Shown one piece after another: positions 19,539-28,338 of a DNA stretch of 28,338 bases. The notes under the pieces are model-generated. The model was not told the origin of the DNA and made no database searches. It saw only the letters and a program-made list of their open reading frames with translations. The DNA is from Tubiluchus corallicola (taxonomy: Eukaryota; Animalia; Priapulida): NCBI GenBank assembly GCA_030141605.1, contig JAQGDQ010002461.1, positions 1 to 28,338 on the forward strand, in the 5' to 3' direction. The position numbers were made by a program, and so were the translations under genes. Every line of letters begins with the position of its first letter. Positions within the stretch are counted from its first letter, which is position 1.

Positions 19539-20258
19539 ATGCAAAATAAATACTCACAACAAAAAGGGTTAAAAATACCTGATTGGGCAGAAGAAGACAG
19601 ACCAAGAGAAAAACTTTTATTAAAAGGTAAAAGTGCGTTATCTAATGCTGAGTTGCTGGGAATTTTAATTGGGTCGGGCACAAGAACGTTAAGTGCCGTA
19701 GACTTAGCAAAAGTAATTTTACAAAAATCAAACAACGACCTCAATAAATTATCCAAACTAACTGTTGAAGAACTAGAGCAAATCAAAGGTATTGGAAAAG
19801 CCAAAGCCATTACAATTGTTAGTGCATTAGAATTAGCAAAAAGAAAGAAATTTGCATCAATAGAAAAGAAGAAAAAAATCGTATGTTCCCAAGATGTTTA
19901 TGAGTTAATGTTTGCCACTTTTAGCAACTTAGAGCATGAAGAGTGCTGGATTATCATGCTTAATAGAGCAAACATAGTACTAAAAAAAGCACAAATAAGC
20001 ATGGGAGGGTTTTACAAAACTGCCATTGATAACAAATTGATATTCAAAAAAGCACTACAAAATGGAGCATCACATATCATACTTACTCACAATCACCCAT
20101 CAGGAAATATTAAGCCAAGCCAACAAGATATTGAAGTTACTCAAAAAATATGTGATGCAGGAAAAACATTGGAACTTTTTGTATTAGATCATGTTATTTT
20201 TGGCGAAAACAAGTATTTTAGTTTCTTAGACGAAGACATGATGAAAAATCCTCAATAA
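19539..20258 (+). CDS. radC: RadC / UPF0758 JAB-domain protein
   Basis: DRPREKL, LSNAELL, HhH motif KGIGKAKA, and JAB motif HNHPSG...LDH. Confidence 0.96.
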   Translation: MQNKYSQQKGLKIPDWAEEDRPREKLLLKGKSALSNAELLGILIGSGTRTLSAVDLAKVILQKSNNDLNKLSKLTVEELEQIKGIGKAKAITIVSALELAKRKKFASIEKKKKIVCSQDVYELMFATFSNLEHEECWIIMLNRANIVLKKAQISMGGFYKTAIDNKLIFKKALQNGASHIILTHNHPSGNIKPSQQDIEVTQKICDAGKTLELFVLDHVIFGENKYFSFLDEDMMKNPQ

Positions 20259-20268
20259 GCCAAAAAAG

Positions 20269-20940
20269 ATGCTACGCCTTGTTACACAAATAATAACACT
20301 TGTTGGACTACTTATAATGCCATACCACGCCCCTTCACAAAGCTACCAAAATAAGATAGCTAAACTGAAGTATCGCGGTGGGGGTGATTGGTATGCAAAC
20401 AAAACTGCTCTACCTAACCTGATTAAATTTTGCAATGAACATTTGAATACAAACATTGCTCCTAATGAAGATATTGTAGAGGTGGAAAGTAAGGATATTT
20501 TTCTTTATCCTTACATATATCTTACAGGGCATGGCAATATAGAATTTAACCAGCAAGAAGCTCAAAATTTAAGAACATATCTTATCAGTGGTGGTTTTTT
20601 GCACATAGATGACAACTATGGATTGAATGAATATATAAGGCGTGAAATGAAAAAAGTATTTCCAAAAATTGATTTTATAGAAATACCATTTAACCACCCC
20701 ATATATCACCAAAAACATCATTTTAATGATGGACTGCCTAAAATACACGAACATGATGGAAAGCCCCCACAAGGATTTGGTATTTTTTATGACGGAAAGT
20801 TAGTCTGTTTCTATTCTTATGAATGCGATTTAGGAAATGGATGGGAAGATAAAGAGGTATACAATAATTCTGAAAGCATCAGAAAAGAAGCTCTGAAATT
20901 TGGGGCAAACATTATATCTTTTGTCTTTATTGGAGAATAG
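20269..20940 (+). CDS. DUF4159-domain secreted protein
   Basis: Signal peptide; KYRGGGDWY, YLTGHG, GGFLHIDDNYG, PKIHEHDG and DLGNGWE, recognised from the conserved Bacteroidota family. Confidence 0.85.
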   Translation: MLRLVTQIITLVGLLIMPYHAPSQSYQNKIAKLKYRGGGDWYANKTALPNLIKFCNEHLNTNIAPNEDIVEVESKDIFLYPYIYLTGHGNIEFNQQEAQNLRTYLISGGFLHIDDNYGLNEYIRREMKKVFPKIDFIEIPFNHPIYHQKHHFNDGLPKIHEHDGKPPQGFGIFYDGKLVCFYSYECDLGNGWEDKEVYNNSESIRKEALKFGANIISFVFIGE

Positions 20941-20957
20941 ACAAGCTCCTTTAACTA

Positions 20958-21002
20958 TCTTTATGAACTTATTATTCTTTCTTTATGAACTTATTATTCT
21001 TT
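20958..21002. repeat. Perfect 22-bp tandem duplication (TCTTTATGAACTTATTATTCTT x2)
   Basis: 20958-20979 is identical to 20980-21001; intergenic. Confidence 0.95.
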
Positions 21003-21106
21003 GCCCTACTGTTTATTTCTCTTTAAACTGTTTTTGATTTCAATAAAAAAATATATTTTTACTTATTGCTATTTTAATTTTTTTCATTACCAAACAGAAT
21101 AAAACG

Positions 21107-22480
21107 ATGAAAAAATCAACCATTACAAGAAGAGATTTTATAGGAAAAGCAACAACTGCTATTGGTGGAACAACCATTGCTATGGCCTTTCCAAACATCA
21201 TGCATGGGCATGTTGCCCCATCTGATAAAATCAACGTTGGGTTAATAGGTGGGCATTGGCAAGGAACTTCAAATCTCTATTCTATGCTCAAAATCAAAGG
21301 TGTAGAATGTGTGGCACTATGTGATATTGATGAAAGTGTGTTAAAAGGAAGAATGTTAAAAGCAACTGCCAACCAAAAAAGAAAACCCAAGTTATATAAA
21401 GATTATCGCAAATTGTTAGAAGATAAAAATGTTGATGTAGTAATTATTGGAACGCCAGACCATTGGCACTGCCTACAATTGATAGATGCTTGTCAAGCAG
21501 GCAAAGATGTATACTTAGAAAAGCCTATTGCTAACTCCATACAGGAGTGCAATATAATGGTAAAAGCAGTAGAGAAGTATGATAGAATTGTACAAGTAGG
21601 GCAATGGCAAAGAAGCGAGCCGCACTTTCAAGAAGCAATAAAGTTTATCCAATCAGGAAAGCTAGGAAAAATCAATATGACTAAAACATGGAATTATGGC
21701 GGTGGATATAGGTCTAATTGGTTTGAACTAAAAGCAACACCAGAGGTAGTGAAAGACAAGGATATTCCCAAAAATGTAAATTATAAAATGTGGTTAGGTC
21801 CTGCTCCATTAAGAGCTTTTAATCAAAATAGGTTTCATGTAAATTGGCGATGGTTTTGGGATTATGCTGGAGGGCTAATGACTGATTGGGGAGTTCATCT
21901 AATTGATATTATACTTGCTGCAATGAGTGTAGAAGCGCCTAAATCAATCGCGGCATCTGGAGGAAAGTTCTTAAACCCTAATTCTGCCAACGAAACTCCT
22001 GACACTTTGCAGGCAATATATGAATATGATAACTTTTCTATGTTGTGGGAAAATTGCAACATTGATGATATAAGATTTATTAAAGATATGTCATTTGGAA
22101 TGGGGCACGGTATCTCTTTTATTGGAACAGAGGGCAAAGTAACATTAAATAGAGGAGGATGGGAAATTAATGCGTATGCCTCACACAGTAACGAAAAAAT
22201 AGTAGAAAAACAAAGCTTTCCCCGTCAAGAGACAACAAATGGTTTGGACTTGCATACCCAAAATTTTATTGCTGCAGTAAGGGACAAGAAAAGAGAAAAC
22301 CTAAACGCTGACATAAAAGTAGGATATATGGCAGCAGTAAACTCACACATGGGAAACATTGCATATAGAACAAATAAGAAGCTGTATTGGGATAGAGAAC
22401 AAAAAAACTTTGATGACAACATTGCTAATCAATATATTACTCCTACCTATCATAACGGATGGGAATTGCCAAGTTTATAG
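21107..22480 (+). CDS. Tat-exported Gfo/Idh/MocA-family NAD(P)-dependent oxidoreductase
   Basis: Twin-arginine signal TRRDFI; TPDHWH, GKDVYLEKP, QVGQWQRS, WLGPAP and DWGVHLID. Confidence 0.93.
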   Translation: MKKSTITRRDFIGKATTAIGGTTIAMAFPNIMHGHVAPSDKINVGLIGGHWQGTSNLYSMLKIKGVECVALCDIDESVLKGRMLKATANQKRKPKLYKDYRKLLEDKNVDVVIIGTPDHWHCLQLIDACQAGKDVYLEKPIANSIQECNIMVKAVEKYDRIVQVGQWQRSEPHFQEAIKFIQSGKLGKINMTKTWNYGGGYRSNWFELKATPEVVKDKDIPKNVNYKMWLGPAPLRAFNQNRFHVNWRWFWDYAGGLMTDWGVHLIDIILAAMSVEAPKSIAASGGKFLNPNSANETPDTLQAIYEYDNFSMLWENCNIDDIRFIKDMSFGMGHGISFIGTEGKVTLNRGGWEINAYASHSNEKIVEKQSFPRQETTNGLDLHTQNFIAAVRDKKRENLNADIKVGYMAAVNSHMGNIAYRTNKKLYWDREQKNFDDNIANQYITPTYHNGWELPSL

Positions 22481-22533
22481 ATATAAATCAACCAATGATA
22501 CATTGAATTTGTGTCATGAAAGGCATTAATGCA

Positions 22534-23061
22534 TTATACCTCTTCTATAACAAAATTATGATTAGTGTAGATACAAATATCGGCAGCAATTGTTAAACTT
22601 TCTTTGATAATTTCTCTTGCCGAGAGGTGAGGTGCATGCTTTTTTAATGCCAAAGCAGATGCCTGTGCATACATGCTTCCTGAGCCTATAGATGCCATGT
22701 CTTTGTCAGGCTCCAATACATCTCCCGTTCCACTTACAATAAGAATTTCATTTTTATTGACTGTAATTAACATAGCTTCTAATTTTCGAAGATATCTATC
22801 TGTTCTCCAATCCTTTGCCAACTCTATTGCCGATCTTTTCATATTTCCTCCATGCAATCCCAATTTTTCATCAAAACGTTCCAATAAAGTAAAGGCATCT
22901 GCAGTGCTTCCTGCAAAACCTGTTACTATTTTTCCTTCTTGCAGTTTTCTTATTTTCACAACGTTACCTTTCATTATATTATTCCCCAGCGTCGCTTGTC
23001 CATCGGCTCCTATGGCAACTTTTCCATTGTGCTTTACAGCTATGACTGTTGTTGATTTCAT
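22534..23061 (-). CDS. hslV: ATP-dependent protease peptidase subunit HslV (ClpQ)
   Basis: STTVIA (catalytic Thr), DGQAT, GFAGSTADAFTL, WRTDRYLRKLEA, IGSGS and ICIYTN. Confidence 0.98.
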   Translation of the reverse strand: MKSTTVIAVKHNGKVAIGADGQATLGNNIMKGNVVKIRKLQEGKIVTGFAGSTADAFTLLERFDEKLGLHGGNMKRSAIELAKDWRTDRYLRKLEAMLITVNKNEILIVSGTGDVLEPDKDMASIGSGSMYAQASALALKKHAPHLSAREIIKESLTIAADICIYTNHNFVIEEV

Positions 23062-23093
23062 TTTTTCGTTACTAAAATTTTAGTTTAAAATAT

Positions 23094-24548
23094 TCATGCT
23101 TCTTTTCTTAATCGTGCTACTGGTATATTAAATTGCTCTCTATACTTTGTCACTGTTCTACGCGCAATGTTATATCCTTGTCCTTGAAGTATTTTTGTCA
23201 ATTTATCATCAGAATATGGTTTTCGTTTGTCTTCTGTATCAATTATTTTTTTCAATGAGTGTTTAATTTCACGCGTACTCACCTCTTTTCCTTCGTCTGT
23301 AGAGAGGCTTTCAGAAAAAAAGTATTTAAGCGAGAATATGCCAAACTCTGTTTGCACAAATTTACTATTAACTACCCTTGATGCAGTAGAGACATCCATG
23401 TTAATTTTGTTTGCTATATCTTTGAGTATCATAGGCTTTAGCTTTGATTCTTCTCTTGATATAAAAAAATCATATTGAGTGTCAATGATGGCTTGCATTG
23501 TAATTAACAATGTTTGATTTCGTTGATTGATGGCATCAATAAACCACTTAGCGGCATCTAATTTTTGTTTGATAAAAGAGACGGTTTTGCGTAAGTTTCG
23601 GTCTTTATTTTTTGATTGTTTATATGTGTTTATTATCTCTGAGTATGACCGCGATATTTTGAGTTCAGGTGTATTTTTTCTATTCAAACTCAGCTCCAAT
23701 GTTCCATTATTGTTCACAAGAATAAAATCAGGTACTATGTATTGAGCTTTAGAATTATCAGGAGCATTGCTACTGGGTTTAGGGTTTAGCTTTGTAATGG
23801 ATTCAATAACCTTTTTAAATTCCTCTGCAGACAAAGACATTCTGTTTTGAATTTTTTGAAAATGCTTTTTTGTGAAGTCGTCAAAATATTTTGTTAAAAT
23901 TTTTATTGCTACTTCTATATATTCATCTTTCGGCTTTCTTTCCAATTGTAACAACAAACATTCCTGTAAGTTTCTGGCAGCTATCCCTGGTGGGTCAAAT
24001 TGTTCTTGTATTTTGTGCAGTATTTTTTCTACTTCTTCTACCTTCACTTCCATACCTTGCGAAAAGGCAAGGTCGTAGGTGATAGATTTCAATTCTCTAC
24101 GAATATACCCATCCTCTTCAATACTGCCCACAAGTTGTTGTCCTATTTTATACTCCTTTTCGTCTAATTTACAATAGCTTAGCTGTGTGGTTAAGAAATC
24201 GGAAAACGACAAGTTTGAAGCTATTGGCACTTCATCTTGTTCCTCTCTTCCATCACCATACATTTTATATCCGCTATAATCTTCATTTACATAATCATCA
24301 AAATCCAAACTATCTTCTTTTTCTGCCTTTTCTCCGCTATCAGCATCATTATTCTCCTCAAACACATCATCACTTGACGTATTTGTATCATGATTATTTT
24401 TTCCTTCATCTAATGCTGGGTTATTTTCAAGCTCTTTTTCTATCCTTGACTCCAACTCTGTTGTTGAAATTTGCAGTAGCTTAATAAATTGTATTTGTTG
24501 TGGAGATAATTTTTGCGATAGCGTTTGATGTAATCCTATCTTTTGCAT
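23094..24548 (-). CDS. rpoN: RNA polymerase sigma-54 factor
   Basis: Region I LSPQQIQFIKLLQ, ELENNPAL, DPPGIAARNLQECL, HTH DVSTASRV and RpoN box ARRTVTKYRE. Confidence 0.98.
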   Translation of the reverse strand: MQKIGLHQTLSQKLSPQQIQFIKLLQISTTELESRIEKELENNPALDEGKNNHDTNTSSDDVFEENNDADSGEKAEKEDSLDFDDYVNEDYSGYKMYGDGREEQDEVPIASNLSFSDFLTTQLSYCKLDEKEYKIGQQLVGSIEEDGYIRRELKSITYDLAFSQGMEVKVEEVEKILHKIQEQFDPPGIAARNLQECLLLQLERKPKDEYIEVAIKILTKYFDDFTKKHFQKIQNRMSLSAEEFKKVIESITKLNPKPSSNAPDNSKAQYIVPDFILVNNNGTLELSLNRKNTPELKISRSYSEIINTYKQSKNKDRNLRKTVSFIKQKLDAAKWFIDAINQRNQTLLITMQAIIDTQYDFFISREESKLKPMILKDIANKINMDVSTASRVVNSKFVQTEFGIFSLKYFFSESLSTDEGKEVSTREIKHSLKKIIDTEDKRKPYSDDKLTKILQGQGYNIARRTVTKYREQFNIPVARLRKEA

Positions 24549-24572
24549 TTTTTTGACTATTTAATTAACACG

Positions 24573-24580
24573 CAAATATA
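24573..24580 (-). promoter_or_regulatory. -7 box (TATATTTG) for rpoN-hslV
   Basis: TAnnTTTG on the minus strand, 24 bp upstream of the rpoN ATG. Confidence 0.65.
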
Positions 24581-24636
24581 ACACTTTTCATCTGTTTTAT
24601 CAATTTCAATACATAATTACTCCACTCCTGCCATAA

Positions 24637-26391
24637 CTAAAAATCAAATTCCATCCCTAATGGCATCCTTGCCTGAATACCTGAGTACATCTCTAATTCA
24701 TTAATTTGTTGTATTATAGGATACAATTCCTTGTATTGTTTTTGCTCTATTTCTGTAGCTATTTTTTTGGATGTTTTACTTAATAGTTTAGATAAGGCTC
24801 CTTGGCTTTCAGGATAGTATTGCACTTGATAATCATCTGATATTCCCTCTCTTTTAGCTGCTATTTCTATAGCGTCATTTATGCCCCCTAACACATCTAC
24901 CAATCCATTTTGTAGTGCTTGATTCCCTGTCCAGATTCTACCACCGCCTATGTCTTCAACTTCCTGTGCAGAAAGTCCTCTATTAATTGCCAATTTTGAA
25001 GTAAATATATCATAACTCCTTTCTATATCTCTTTGAATTATTTTTTTTTCTTTTTCGGTCAAAGGCTGAAAAAAAGCGTATCGTAGGTCACTAAAAGTTC
25101 CTGTTTTGATTTGATCAGAAGTAACACCTAACTTGTTTTTTAAAAAGCCTTGCATATTAAATACCATGCCAAAAACACCAATAGAACCTGTAACAGTTGT
25201 CGGCTGTGCTACTATGGTATCGCAAGCCATAGCTATGTAGTAGCCTCCTGATGCGGCATAGTCCCCAAACGAAGCAATTACTGTTTTTTCTTGGGCTATC
25301 TGCTTTATTTCGTTCCAAATAATATCAGACTCCAGTGCACTTCCTCCTGGTGAATTAACTCTAAGTACTATAGCTTTTACATTTTCCTTTTTTTTCAATT
25401 TTTTTAAAAGAGCTACATATTTTTTACTATTTATCACATCATCATCGTCTTTTGATTTTATTTCTCCTTCTGCTACAATAACTGCTATTTTATTTTTTGA
25501 ATGCTTGTTTTCTGTATCTTGATACTCTATAGGAGAGACAAGTTTTATTTTTTCTTTGTCATCTAATCGTAAAACAGACTTGATTTTTTCTAACACATCA
25601 TGTCTATATGCTAACTCATCAACAAGACCATATTTCACGGCATCAGATGGTTTTTGTATAAATGCATTTTCACTAATTACCTCTAATTCTTGTTTCTTTA
25701 CCTTTCTTGTTTCACTTATATCATTTAATATATGATTATATATATCTCTGATGACAAGAGTTACTTGTAATTTAGAGGCATCACTCATTTTGTCTAATAT
25801 AAAAGGTTCTACTAGACTTTTATAGTCTCCTACTCTAAAGATTTGCGGTTTGATATCTAGCTTGTCAAGAGTACCCTTAAAAAATAGTGTTCTTAAAGAG
25901 AGTCCATCAAATTCTAAATTTCCAAAATCTGGTGTAAGATATACCTTCTCAGCAGCAGCGGCAACATAATATCCCCCTTCATTATAATCATCGTCATGGG
26001 CATAGACAAACTTTCCGCTTTCTTTAAAATCTACCAAAGCATCTCTTATCTCTTTATGTATTGCAAATCCTGCACCTATGGTAAAATTTTCCATAAAAAT
26101 TCCTTGAATTTTAGAATTTTCTTTGGCAGATTGTATTGTATTAACCAATTTGCCTATAGAGATTGTTTCTTTTGATTGGGCAAGTTGAGAAATAATTTTT
26201 TTCGTATTCGCTTCTTTTTTTTCTGCAATAACATAATCTCCAAAATTGAGATAAAGTACAGAGTTACTTTCTATTTTTTTCTCTTCTGGCACAAGAAGTA
26301 GTGCGCCTCCTATCAATAGGCCAATACCTAATGAGAAAAAAATAATTAGTGCAATTAAGCTTGCTAGTATATTTCCAAGAAATCTTAACAT
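24637..26391 (-). CDS. sppA: Signal peptide peptidase A (protease IV), long type
   Basis: N-terminal TM; FRVGDYKS, LRVNSPGGS, AASGGYY, TGSIGV and GRIWTG. Confidence 0.97.
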   Translation of the reverse strand: MLRFLGNILASLIALIIFFSLGIGLLIGGALLLVPEEKKIESNSVLYLNFGDYVIAEKKEANTKKIISQLAQSKETISIGKLVNTIQSAKENSKIQGIFMENFTIGAGFAIHKEIRDALVDFKESGKFVYAHDDDYNEGGYYVAAAAEKVYLTPDFGNLEFDGLSLRTLFFKGTLDKLDIKPQIFRVGDYKSLVEPFILDKMSDASKLQVTLVIRDIYNHILNDISETRKVKKQELEVISENAFIQKPSDAVKYGLVDELAYRHDVLEKIKSVLRLDDKEKIKLVSPIEYQDTENKHSKNKIAVIVAEGEIKSKDDDDVINSKKYVALLKKLKKKENVKAIVLRVNSPGGSALESDIIWNEIKQIAQEKTVIASFGDYAASGGYYIAMACDTIVAQPTTVTGSIGVFGMVFNMQGFLKNKLGVTSDQIKTGTFSDLRYAFFQPLTEKEKKIIQRDIERSYDIFTSKLAINRGLSAQEVEDIGGGRIWTGNQALQNGLVDVLGGINDAIEIAAKREGISDDYQVQYYPESQGALSKLLSKTSKKIATEIEQKQYKELYPIIQQINELEMYSGIQARMPLGMEFDF

Positions 26392-26419
26392 GATCGTAAT
26401 ATTATTTAGTTGCTGTTAT

Positions 26420-27490
26420 TTAATTTTTTACTTTATGTATCCATTTAAATTTATCTTCTATCCTTCCCATTTTAATGTCTTCTAAAGTTTTTAACAACTT
26501 TAAGGACAACTCTCTGCTAGAAGAACTGTTCGGCAAAGCGTAGTCTTTGCCTTTATGTCCAATAGTTTCTATATGTGTAACGACGGCAGCCGTTCCTGAA
26601 CCAAAAGCTTCTTGCAATTTTTGGGTACGAATAGCTTCGATAACTTCATCAATCTCAATTTTTCTCTCTTCTACTTTTATACCCCAATCTTTTGCAAGTG
26701 TAAGAATGCTATCTCTTGTAATGCCTCCTAATATTGTATCAGAAAGAGCAGAAGTTATTAATTTATTGTCTATCACAAAAAATATATTCATAACTCCAGC
26801 CTCTTCAATATATTTATGATATTGCCCGTCTGTCCAAATTACTTGGTCATAGCCCTCCTGTTGAGCTAATTTAGCTGCATAGAGCGATGATGCATAGTTA
26901 CCTGCTGCTTTGGCAAATCCAGTGCCTCCATTAGCCGCGCGCGTATATTGCTGTTCTACTTTTAATTTAACAGGCTTTGAAAAGAAATTACCTACTGGAC
27001 TTGTTATCATTAGGTATTTGTATTTTAAAGAAGGCCTAACTCCAATAAACTCTTCGGAGGCAAATAAAAATGGTCTTATATATAAGGCACATCCTTGCTG
27101 AGAAGGTATCCATTTTTTATCTACGCGCAAAAGCTCATCTAAACCTGCCAAAGATAGTTCTTCATCATATGCTGGTATGCAAAGTCTTTCTGCCGATATG
27201 TTTAGCCTTTTAAAGTTTTTCTCAGGTCTAAAAACAACTATTTCATTATCAATGTTTTTATACGCTTTCAAGCCTTCAAATACAGATTGTGCATAGTGCA
27301 ATACCGCTGCTCCTGGTTTTAGGTTTAAAGTAGAATATGGCGTAATTCGTGGGGCTTCCCATTTTCCATTTTGAAAGTTTGTCTCAAATACATGATCTGA
27401 GTAACTTTTCCCAAAGGAGAGGTTATCAAAATTTATGTTTTTTAAGTTTGAATTTTCTGTTAAATTGTATGAAATTTTAATTTTTTTCAC
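26420..27490 (-). CDS. ilvE: Branched-chain amino acid aminotransferase
   Basis: LHYAQSVFEGLKAY, LYIRPF, PLP lysine in AKAAGNYA, ILGGITR and FGSGTAAV; GTG start. Confidence 0.95.
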   Translation of the reverse strand: MKKIKISYNLTENSNLKNINFDNLSFGKSYSDHVFETNFQNGKWEAPRITPYSTLNLKPGAAVLHYAQSVFEGLKAYKNIDNEIVVFRPEKNFKRLNISAERLCIPAYDEELSLAGLDELLRVDKKWIPSQQGCALYIRPFLFASEEFIGVRPSLKYKYLMITSPVGNFFSKPVKLKVEQQYTRAANGGTGFAKAAGNYASSLYAAKLAQQEGYDQVIWTDGQYHKYIEEAGVMNIFFVIDNKLITSALSDTILGGITRDSILTLAKDWGIKVEERKIEIDEVIEAIRTQKLQEAFGSGTAAVVTHIETIGHKGKDYALPNSSSSRELSLKLLKTLEDIKMGRIEDKFKWIHKVKN

Positions 27491-27534
27491 TTCTAAATAT
27501 GTGTTTTAAGTTGAAAATTTAACTTATATATTTG

Positions 27535-28068
27535 CTACCAATATTTTTCTTCTACATTAAGTTCTTGTGCCCTTGTTCTTCCTAAAATAAACAAATAGTC
27601 AGACAATCGGTTTAAAAACATTAATATTTTTCCCGCATCAATTTTTTTGCTAACACAAGCCCTTTCTGCACGTCTACACACTGCCCTAGCAATATAGCAA
27701 AAAGAAACAATTTTATGCCCTCCGGGAACGATAAATTTTTCTTGCTTGCTTAACTTAGCATCCATTACATTTATTTCATGCTCTAATTTATCTGTTGCCG
27801 TTTCTAAAAATTTAGTGCTACTCAAATGCTTTTTGTCCTTTACATGGGAACTTGCCAATGTCCTTCCTATTTCAAACAAACAATTTTGAATATAAAAAAG
27901 AGACTGCTTTCTGTTTTCATCCCTTTCAAAATCATTCAATAAGCCAATGTATGAGTTAAGCTCATCAATATCGCCCATTGCACATATTAGTTTGTTGTTT
28001 TTTCGTACTTTTTTGCCCCCAATCAAAGTAGTTTTCCCTCCATCTCCTTGTTTTGTATATACTTTCAT
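27535..28068 (-). CDS. PduO-type ATP:cob(I)alamin adenosyltransferase
   Basis: KVYTKQGDGGKT, DELNS, FIVPGG, RAVCRRAER and LNRLSDYLF. Confidence 0.92.
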   Translation of the reverse strand: MKVYTKQGDGGKTTLIGGKKVRKNNKLICAMGDIDELNSYIGLLNDFERDENRKQSLFYIQNCLFEIGRTLASSHVKDKKHLSSTKFLETATDKLEHEINVMDAKLSKQEKFIVPGGHKIVSFCYIARAVCRRAERACVSKKIDAGKILMFLNRLSDYLFILGRTRAQELNVEEKYW

Positions 28069-28137
28069 AGCAATTTATTAAACTTTTTTTAATATTTGCA
28101 TTAAGGAAGAAATGAATATCGCAAAGTAAAGGTAAAG

Positions 28138-28338
28138 ATGGAAATAAAAAAACAAAAAAGAGGGATTTTATTGGTAAACTTAGGAACGCCAAAAAATACG
28201 AATCTCTTTTCTATTCAAAAATATTTAAGCCAATTTTTAATGGACAAAAGGGTAATAGATATACCTGCATTATTTCGGTGGGCATTAGTAAGCTTAATTA
28301 TAGTGCCTTTTCGTTCACCAAAGTCTCAAAAGGCATAC
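28138..28338 (+). CDS. hemH: Ferrochelatase, 5' part (runs off the window edge)
   Basis: Hand translation: MEIKKQKRGILLVNLGTPKNTNLFSIQKYLSQFLMDKRVIDIP...RSPKSQKAY, matching the HemH N-terminal pattern GILLVNLGTP...YL..FL.D.RV. Confidence 0.93.
   Translation, partial: MEIKKQKRGILLVNLGTPKNTNLFSIQKYLSQFLMDKRVIDIPALFRWALVSLIIVPFRSPKSQKAY

Noticed and set aside
19539-20258. radC as a marker of a mobile element or defence island
   Set aside because: It is the full-length chromosomal form with an HhH domain next to rpsT; no integrase, transposase or att sites are nearby.
20958-21002. CRISPR remnant
   Set aside because: Two abutting copies with no spacer, no palindrome and no cas genes.
22495-22533. 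Hairpin ATGATACA...TGTGTCAT and palindrome GCATTAATGC between convergent genes
   Set aside because: Weak AT-rich stem without a U-tract; not enough to call a terminator.
27527-27534. + strand TATATTTG as an antisense promoter into the adenosyltransferase gene
   Set aside because: Such matches are expected by chance in AT-rich DNA, and there is no supporting evidence.
3209-28192. The many 60-140 aa ORFs overlapping housekeeping genes (e.g. 6919..7347, 11694..12092, 22673..23083)
   Set aside because: They lie within or largely overlap well-supported genes, on the opposite strand or in another frame, and have no independent motifs.

Overview
AT-rich bacterial DNA, almost certainly Bacteroidota and probably Cytophagia-like. 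This rests on TAnnTTTG -7 promoter boxes, A-rich leaders without Shine-Dalgarno motifs, Bacteroidota-type lipoprotein signals, and the presence of rpoN and hslV. From about 1.8 kb on, the window is mostly housekeeping: uvrA, trkH/trkA, a secreted LRR protein, a TrmH-family methyltransferase, mutS, an MthK/Kch-type K+ channel, menD, hemC, a MATE pump, a GT9 glycosyltransferase, pyrB/pyrR, rpsT, radC, DUF4159, a Tat-exported Gfo/Idh/MocA oxidoreductase, hslV, rpoN, sppA, ilvE, a PduO-type adenosyltransferase and the start of hemH. I see no rRNA, tRNA, CRISPR array or mobile element. The unusual part is the first 1.75 kb: a tandem duplication (promoter + leader + gene) encoding lipoproteins built from a ~110-aa repeated domain, with three copies visible. 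The copies are mosaics, with a 140-bp perfectly identical block next to a block where all 14 differing codons change the amino acid. One paralog is broken by two indels in simple repeats of its signal peptide region. mutS is also split by two frameshifts. These could be sequencing errors. If real, they suggest a mismatch-repair-deficient lineage diversifying a surface-protein array; that link is inference only.
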